From the IMG/VR virus record IMGVR_UViG_3300039159_000198: a stretch of 64,000 nt of DNA. The stretch is one strand, 5' to 3'. The stretch comes from a virus. Its lineage: Duplodnaviria > Heunggongvirae > Uroviricota > Caudoviricetes. Below are positions 59,178-64,000 of this stretch, in pieces (position 1 is the stretch's first letter; each line of letters begins with the position of its first letter). The notes beneath the pieces were generated by a model, which saw only the letters and a list, made by a program, of their open reading frames with translations, was not told the origin of the DNA and ran no database searches. The translations under genes and the position numbers were made by a program.

Positions 59178-59209
59178 TTTGGTTATTAAAAATATAATAA
59201 CTATCTTTG
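59178..59209 (+). promoter_or_regulatory. Bacteroidetes-type promoter for tRNA-Asp
   Basis: TTTGgttattaaaaatataataacTATCTTTG, 17 nt upstream of the tRNA. Confidence 0.5.
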
Positions 59210-59225
59210 TTAAAGAATAAAAAAA

Positions 59226-59296
59226 AGTCTATTGGTGTAATAGTAACATATATCTCTGTCACAGATAAGTCGACGTAGCGTAAACGTCATAGACTG
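59226..59296 (+). tRNA. tRNA-Asp (anticodon GTC) with T-loop AGCGTAA
   Basis: acceptor AGTCTAT/ATAGACT, D-arm GTGT-aatagta-ACAT, anticodon stem TATCT/AGATA with loop CTGTCAC, T-arm GACGT-AGCGTAA-ACGTC. Confidence 0.65.
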
Positions 59297-59312
59297 CCAA
59301 AAAAAAAAACAT

Positions 59313-59383
59313 CGCGGTAAGGTGTAAAGGTTGCATAGGACTCTCATAAGGTCTATGGGGTGGTTCGAATCCATAATCCGCAA
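59313..59383 (+). tRNA. tRNA with CAT anticodon (Met or lysidine-Ile), C1xA72 and imperfect acceptor
   Basis: D-arm GTGT-aaaggtt-GCAT, anticodon stem GGACT/GGTCT with loop CTCATAA, T-loop TTCGAAT, acceptor CGCGGTA/ATCCGCA with mismatches at pairs 6 and 7. Confidence 0.4.
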
Positions 59384-59645
59384 AACAATCGAAGTTAATC
59401 CACCTCCACGGGGTGATTGTTGGAAACAGGTAACGCTGGCTGAGAGATTAACAAACGTTCATTAAAAAAATTTTTGTATTACTATGTGTTGTGACCCTAA
59501 CTATGGTGTCTTGTATGAAAAAAACTAAAACTGAAGGAACGACTGAAGTAACAGATACTACTAAGGTAGTTATTGATTCATCAAATGTTGACTCGGTTAA
59601 AGTTGATTCAGTTAAAGTTATTAAATAACTAGCCATTACTGAATA

Positions 59646-59680
59646 AAAAAAAAACCATCGTAATGATGGTTTTTTTTTTA
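59646..59680. terminator. bidirectional intrinsic terminator
   Basis: AAAAAAAAAACCATCG taa TGATGGTTTTTTTTT. Confidence 0.7.
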
Positions 59681-60280
59681 TTTTAATAATTCTTTAATTC
59701 GGTCAATATCTTCTTTAAGACCCGTATAATTCATCACATTTATTGAAGACCCATTAGGACTTATAGTCTTCATTAGTGCTTTTCCTATGTTATCCGCATA
59801 TGAAGATAAATAACCACCTTCACTATCAGACGAAGTATTATCTGTACTATTAGACGATGTGGATGTATTGTTAGACTTTTTAGAAACGTGAACATGATTA
59901 TCATGTCCTTTAACCCCAAAAGTTAATACCGCCTTATCATTACCGGATTCTTGATTTTTAACGTATCCCAGTTTAATCAACTCGCCAACTAATTTATCAG
60001 CATCACCCCTATTTGAAGAACTTACGGATTTTCCATTTATAATCGCAATATCAACGGCATTACCTGATTCATGTCTTGTTCCTGAATCGTGACCTGATAC
60101 TGCTGTAGTTATATCTACTTTAAGATTAGCATTTTTTGCTGCGGTTTGAACGTCTTGTAAAAGAGAAAGATTAATATTATCTTTCGATGGTGAACTACCA
60201 CCAACAACGCCATCTTTAAAATTTACATTATCGTAGATGTCTGATGCCTCAGTTAAATTATATTTTTTTGAATTATACAT
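59678..60280 (-). CDS. LAS-superfamily (peptidase M15-like) zinc peptidase, probable peptidoglycan hydrolase
   Basis: SGHDSGTRHESGNAVDI (H-x6-D) and GVKGHDNHVHVS (HxH), zinc-ligand motifs of D-Ala-D-Ala or L-Ala-D-Glu peptidases. Confidence 0.45.
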   Translation of the reverse strand: MYNSKKYNLTEASDIYDNVNFKDGVVGGSSPSKDNINLSLLQDVQTAAKNANLKVDITTAVSGHDSGTRHESGNAVDIAIINGKSVSSSNRGDADKLVGELIKLGYVKNQESGNDKAVLTFGVKGHDNHVHVSKKSNNTSTSSNSTDNTSSDSEGGYLSSYADNIGKALMKTISPNGSSINVMNYTGLKEDIDRIKELLK

Positions 60281-60333
60281 AGTTTTAATTTATACTAATA
60301 AATACTTCGGTATTGAATAAAAAAAAATCCCGA

Positions 60334-60663
60334 CTAATTGTCGAGATTTTTACTGTATGTTAATCTTTTTATTGGTGTCTCAACCTCGTCAATTATGATT
60401 GGTTCCTCTATTGGGTCTACAAATGGTTCTACGATTGAAGGTTTACTTCTTATTAAACCATATGTTATCCATCTATACCAAATTCTTTCATGAAGGTAAT
60501 ATTGTATGGGTTTATAAACCAATTCAGCAATACCGAACATTGCACCAATTTCAACTTTTCCGGTTATCAACCATATAATTAAAAAACCTATTAAGGTACT
60601 GATTATTCGATAACTCACTGTTTTTGCTAAATGTCTTTTAGCGGATACCTTAATTGGACTCAT
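60334..60663 (-). CDS. small membrane protein
   Basis: two hydrophobic helices. Confidence 0.4.
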   Translation of the reverse strand: MSPIKVSAKRHLAKTVSYRIISTLIGFLIIWLITGKVEIGAMFGIAELVYKPIQYYLHERIWYRWITYGLIRSKPSIVEPFVDPIEEPIIIDEVETPIKRLTYSKNLDN

Positions 60664-60843
60664 TTTTAAAATTAATTTTATTCAATTCTTTTATTGTTAT
60701 GATATTATTTTTCCAGTCTTTCCAAACTTCAAATTCTAATAAATCCTCTAAAGTTTTTTCATGAACTAATACAAACCCTTCCGGAGCATTTCCTTCAAGT
60801 TTTCTAACCTGTCCTTCTTGTTCCAAAATTCTCTTAATGTCTA

Positions 60844-61437
60844 TCATTTTAAATAGTTTAATAATTGTTCTTTAACTCCTGATTGTTTGATTCCTTCGTT
60901 TTCTCTTGGTGTGTGAACGAAGTTAGATAAACCCCACTTTTGTTCTCTACCTTGAGTGTCTTTTTCACCTAGTTCCAAATCGTCGATACAAGCCCAATGA
61001 GTGATATCGGGATGGTCGGTTAGATATTGTTTAACTTCGATACATCTTTGTTGTTCATACATAGTTCTTCTAAACCATTCAAATTCATCAGGTTTAACAC
61101 AACCGATGTATCGTTTGGTAAATGCGATTGGTTTTTTTATAATTCCTTGTGATAGGTAATACTCCCCAATTTCTTCTAAAGTAGCGAATAACCTCCAGTC
61201 AGAGGAAACAACGATTTCGGCCCCGGTTTCTTCCAATACCTGATTTAATACCTTGATGGACTTTTTATCAAAATCATCAAATCTAACATCCACCGGTGAT
61301 GTTCTATCACTGGTCGCATCAGGATTAAGTTTCTTATACTTTGCCCATTTTTTGGAACGACCACCCCAATTATTAAAAAGGGCTATAACTCCGTCATTAT
61401 CCAAAAACAATATTGATTTTTTTTCGTCTTTTCCCAT
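60844..61437 (-). CDS. HAD-superfamily phosphatase, candidate polynucleotide 3'-phosphatase (T4 Pnk phosphatase-domain-like)
   Basis: SILFLDNDGVIA (HAD motif I DxDG[TV]), EIVVSSDW (motif II) and ACIDDLE (motif IV). A minus-strand promoter box lies at ~61465. Confidence 0.4.
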   Translation of the reverse strand: MGKDEKKSILFLDNDGVIALFNNWGGRSKKWAKYKKLNPDATSDRTSPVDVRFDDFDKKSIKVLNQVLEETGAEIVVSSDWRLFATLEEIGEYYLSQGIIKKPIAFTKRYIGCVKPDEFEWFRRTMYEQQRCIEVKQYLTDHPDITHWACIDDLELGEKDTQGREQKWGLSNFVHTPRENEGIKQSGVKEQLLNYLK

Positions 61438-61626
61438 TTTATATGATATAGTGATTGATTAAATGTTTTTACAAAGATAATAAAAAATGATTAAAAAAGA
61501 AATAAATAAAGAAAAAGCTATTGAGATGTATATCGTAAAAAAGAATTAAGACATTTTTTTAATTACATATATGAAGATGGAAATGTAACCAAATTAAATA
61601 GAAAATATAATAAATTTAAAGAACTT

Positions 61627-61818
61627 TTGGGTGATTCTGACCCAATAAACAATTTAACAATTAAAAAATATTCATTAACCGGTAATTTGATAGATACTTA
61701 TAAAAGTATTCGTAACGCTGGTAAATATAGTGAAATTCCACATCAAACATTATATCTTAATATAGTCAAAAAAAATAAAAAAGAATATAAAGGAGTTAGG
61801 TGGGAAGTTTTTCAATAG
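61627..61818 (+). pseudogene. remnant of a GIY-YIG endonuclease C-terminal DNA-binding module
   Basis: YSLTGNLIDTYKSIRNAGKYSEIPHQTLYLNIVKK...KGVRWEVF resembles the C-terminal HTH/NUMOD-like tails of 575..1045 and 27655..28350. Confidence 0.3.
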
Positions 61819-61835
61819 TCCCACCTAACTCCATT

Positions 61836-62183
61836 CTAAAACATAATTACGTTATTAAAAAACTCTTCTTCCAAATTATCTTTGGTTTCTCCGGGTTCTC
61901 TTAAAATATGAGAAGGAACAATTAAAAAATAAACTTGGTCCTTACATCTATTTTGGAATACTGAAAAATAACCCATATCAGGTAATACCGATTCTGGTTT
62001 AAATTGTTCATATACACCGGGTTGATGTAAATCATCCCAAACATCAAAAGTACCATTTGAATTATAAACTATTTCAGTACTTTTATATTTTAAATTAACC
62101 ACCAAATAGTGTTGATTGTTTCCGATATTCCTAATCCAATAACTCTCCACTAATTTTTCATTATCGTTATTCTCCATATTCAT
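61836..62183 (-). CDS. hypothetical protein
   Basis: ORF. Confidence 0.4.
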   Translation of the reverse strand: MNMENNDNEKLVESYWIRNIGNNQHYLVVNLKYKSTEIVYNSNGTFDVWDDLHQPGVYEQFKPESVLPDMGYFSVFQNRCKDQVYFLIVPSHILREPGETKDNLEEEFFNNVIMF

Positions 62184-62511
62184 CTTTTTCTCTTTTATAA
62201 ATATAATTTTTATACTTATGAATTATTCTTATTTCATACGGAATTCTTAAAACCGCTAAATAGATATTAGAACGTTTCTTAACGTAGTGTTCAACATCTT
62301 CGGAGAACAAAGATAAGTTTTTTTCTCTTGCTCTCATCACCCATTCTAATTTATATTGTTCCTCATAAAGATATCTTCGTCTTTCAATTAAATCCCATAG
62401 TAATTCGGGTGTTAAAAGACCCAATTTTTCTAATGTTATAATTGTGATATGGGTTTTATCATTTAATTCGGTGATATTCCTTTTCTTTCCCTTTGCTCGT
62501 TTATAATTCAA
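62167..62511 (-). CDS. hypothetical protein
   Basis: ORF. Confidence 0.4.
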   Translation of the reverse strand: MNYKRAKGKKRNITELNDKTHITIITLEKLGLLTPELLWDLIERRRYLYEEQYKLEWVMRAREKNLSLFSEDVEHYVKKRSNIYLAVLRIPYEIRIIHKYKNYIYKREKDEYGE

Positions 62512-62529
62512 TTTTTTTAACTCCCTTCA

Positions 62530-62820
62530 TTATTCTTCGTAATTATATTTTGATAATTCATTCCAAATTTCTTGAGATGTCGTTATTTCACTCATTTCTG
62601 CGGTGAATCCGTTAATCCCTTTTCTGTATTCATTTGGATACCATTGTTCTTCACCATTTAATCTAATATACACGGCAAATGAGTTTAGATTCCATTGAGG
62701 TTTAAGTTCATTATTTGGGTTATGAGTACAATCTCCGGTCCAAATATCAATACACCCTTCGGTACAATTATATCTTGAGAATTTAACCCAACCTTCTTCA
62801 ATTCTTTCCGGTGTTTTCAT
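62530..62820 (-). CDS. hypothetical protein
   Basis: ORF. Confidence 0.4.
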   Translation of the reverse strand: MKTPERIEEGWVKFSRYNCTEGCIDIWTGDCTHNPNNELKPQWNLNSFAVYIRLNGEEQWYPNEYRKGINGFTAEMSEITTSQEIWNELSKYNYEE

Positions 62821-63068
62821 TATTGATATTTTTCTCTAATTTCATCGTCATCATTATCCTTGTCATCTGATTCATAATATTTTTCTATTTCATTACCTAG
62901 TTTATCCCATTTTTCAGCTTTTTTCTTGTATTTGTTAATTTCAGAATCAAACATTTTTTGTATTTCATAATTAGCTTTTTCCGTAGTCCCATATTGATGA
63001 TGGATTTTTTGTAATTCGTCTTGAATATTCATATTAATAAGTTTTATTTGTTTTAGTTTATTGTACAT
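62820..63068 (-). CDS. hypothetical acidic protein
   Basis: ORF. Confidence 0.4.
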   Translation of the reverse strand: MYNKLKQIKLINMNIQDELQKIHHQYGTTEKANYEIQKMFDSEINKYKKKAEKWDKLGNEIEKYYESDDKDNDDDEIREKYQ

Positions 63069-63381
63069 TGTATGGGTTATCTATAAATGAATAACTTTTT
63101 AATGTCGTTAATGGATATCTTACTCATAGTTTACATACAAAGATATGTCAAGTGAACTACCTACCCACACAAAGGCGATGAATGGGTTTACACTCCGTTA
63201 TATAAATCAAGACTAATCTTTAAATTAATTACAAAAAAAAGATGGGACGATAAAACAGAATTAAACCTTTAACTGTTACTAATTCCATTTATGATATTAT
63301 TTACCGAACACTCTTATATAGTTCCATTTATATTAGAATTAAGAAAGGATGATTAAAAAACCATCCTTTCTGTAAAATAAC

Positions 63382-63621
63382 TTAGTCTTTTGACTGTTCA
63401 ACCATTTTTAGAAATGGATTATAAACAACCTGTGTTGTTATAAGACACGACTTTTCTTGTTTGAGTGTTGTGTGGTTTTCTGTTTCTAAAACACTGCTAC
63501 CATTTACAAAGTAACTGTCTTTTGTATTATCAATGTTTACCACATTTTGACCACCTTTTACATAATGACCATTTGAACTTTTTGGTGCCACATTTACACC
63601 TTCTAAAATTTGATTTTCCAT
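63382..63621 (-). CDS. hypothetical protein
   Basis: ORF. Confidence 0.35.
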   Translation of the reverse strand: MENQILEGVNVAPKSSNGHYVKGGQNVVNIDNTKDSYFVNGSSVLETENHTTLKQEKSCLITTQVVYNPFLKMVEQSKD

Positions 63622-63639
63622 TTTTTAATTTATTTATTT

Positions 63640-64000
63640 ATTTATTTATTGAATTCCTTACTGAAGTCCATACCGAATCACTCACTGAAGCCCATACTGA
63701 ATAATATACTGAACCACTTACCGGTTCACTTATTGAATCCCTTATTGAATCCTTAACACTATTACCTATTTCCATTTGTGATACGATTTATTGACCCCCA
63801 TACTGAATTACTCACTGAAGTCCATACTGAATCCCTTACTGAAACCCATACTGAATTACTTATTGAAGCCCATACTGAAGCCCATACTGAATAATATACT
63901 GAACCACTTACCGGTTCACTTATTGAATCCCTTATTGAATCCTTAACACTATTACCTATTTCCATTTGTGATACGATTTATTGACCCCCATACTGAATTA
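63640..64000. repeat. nested repeat region: ~117-bp direct repeat (63689..63805 = 63883..64000) built from 12-bp CCATACTGAA-type subunits
   Basis: exact long duplicate plus short periodic units. The minus-strand ORF 63762..63965 would encode SVW-SV tetrapeptide repeats. Confidence 0.7.

Noticed and set aside
59448-59636. Minus-strand ORF 59448..59636 (TLTESTLTEST repeats)
   Set aside because: It is antisense to a more plausible short plus-strand ORF (MKKTKTEGTTEVTDTTKVVIDSSNVDSVKVDSVKVIK, ~59523..59636) that is followed by the bidirectional terminator. The repeat-like peptide is a reading artefact.
1-64000. Genome-wide stop-codon recoding (alternative genetic code), as seen in some Bacteroidetes phages
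   Set aside because: Most genes are long and uninterrupted under the standard code (for example 485-aa, 423-aa and 359-aa ORFs). Only isolated interruptions were seen (19366 TAA, 21466, 17987), so local pseudogenisation or frameshift is more parsimonious. This was not exhaustively testable by eye.

Overview
AT-rich (~30% GC), gene-dense window that reads as double-stranded DNA phage genome, with a Bacteroidetes-type host inferred from promoters and terminators. Evidence for this: short genes on both strands; intrinsic terminators (GC hairpin followed by a T-run) after many genes; and recurrent promoter-like boxes matching the Bacteroidetes sigma-A consensus (TTTG ~20 bp upstream of TAnnTTTG) in front of protein genes and in front of every tRNA array.

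Recognisable content:
- Homing endonucleases: two GIY-YIG genes and at least five HNH or HNH-like genes, two of which sit inside the tRNA arrays.
- Auxiliary and host-takeover genes: serine hydroxymethyltransferase (glyA), a cyclophilin-type peptidyl-prolyl isomerase, ClpP, a prohibitin-like SPFH/band-7 protein, a Dps-like protein and a GNAT acetyltransferase.
- Nucleases and phosphoesterases: a secreted non-specific nuclease and two calcineurin-like phosphoesterases.
- Cell-wall hydrolases: an endolysin with a peptidoglycan-binding domain and a GH19 catalytic domain, a glucosaminidase-like protein and an M15-like peptidase.
- RNA end-repair parts: two ATP-dependent RNA ligases (one T4 Rnl1-like with KMDGSL, one with KLDGS), a T4 Pnk-like 5'-kinase domain interrupted by an in-frame TAA, and a HAD-type phosphatase candidate.
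- tRNA genes: more than 20 tRNA or tRNA-like genes, in arrays at 49.0-52.1 kb and 55.8-59.4 kb.

The most unusual signal is a family of at least 12 otherwise unrelated proteins, among them a 20-residue-period leucine-rich repeat (LRR) protein, that all begin with the same ~10-residue leader M-K-x-[IVF]-I-T-E-[SE]-Q. The leader ends in an I-T-E motif that matches the T4 prohead-protease (L/I)-x-E cleavage rule, so these look like capsid-targeted, possibly injected, cargo proteins.

Other oddities:
- A 2-kb ORF-poor, relatively GC-rich segment (5.08-7.14 kb) dotted with CCCCGCCT and GGTCGGTCT repeats.
- Three paralogous tRNA-like genes with identical ends but expanded interiors.
- A half-tRNA pseudogene carrying a CUA anticodon.
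- A non-canonical T-loop (AGCGTWA) shared by four tRNAs.
- Several frameshifted or truncated genes.
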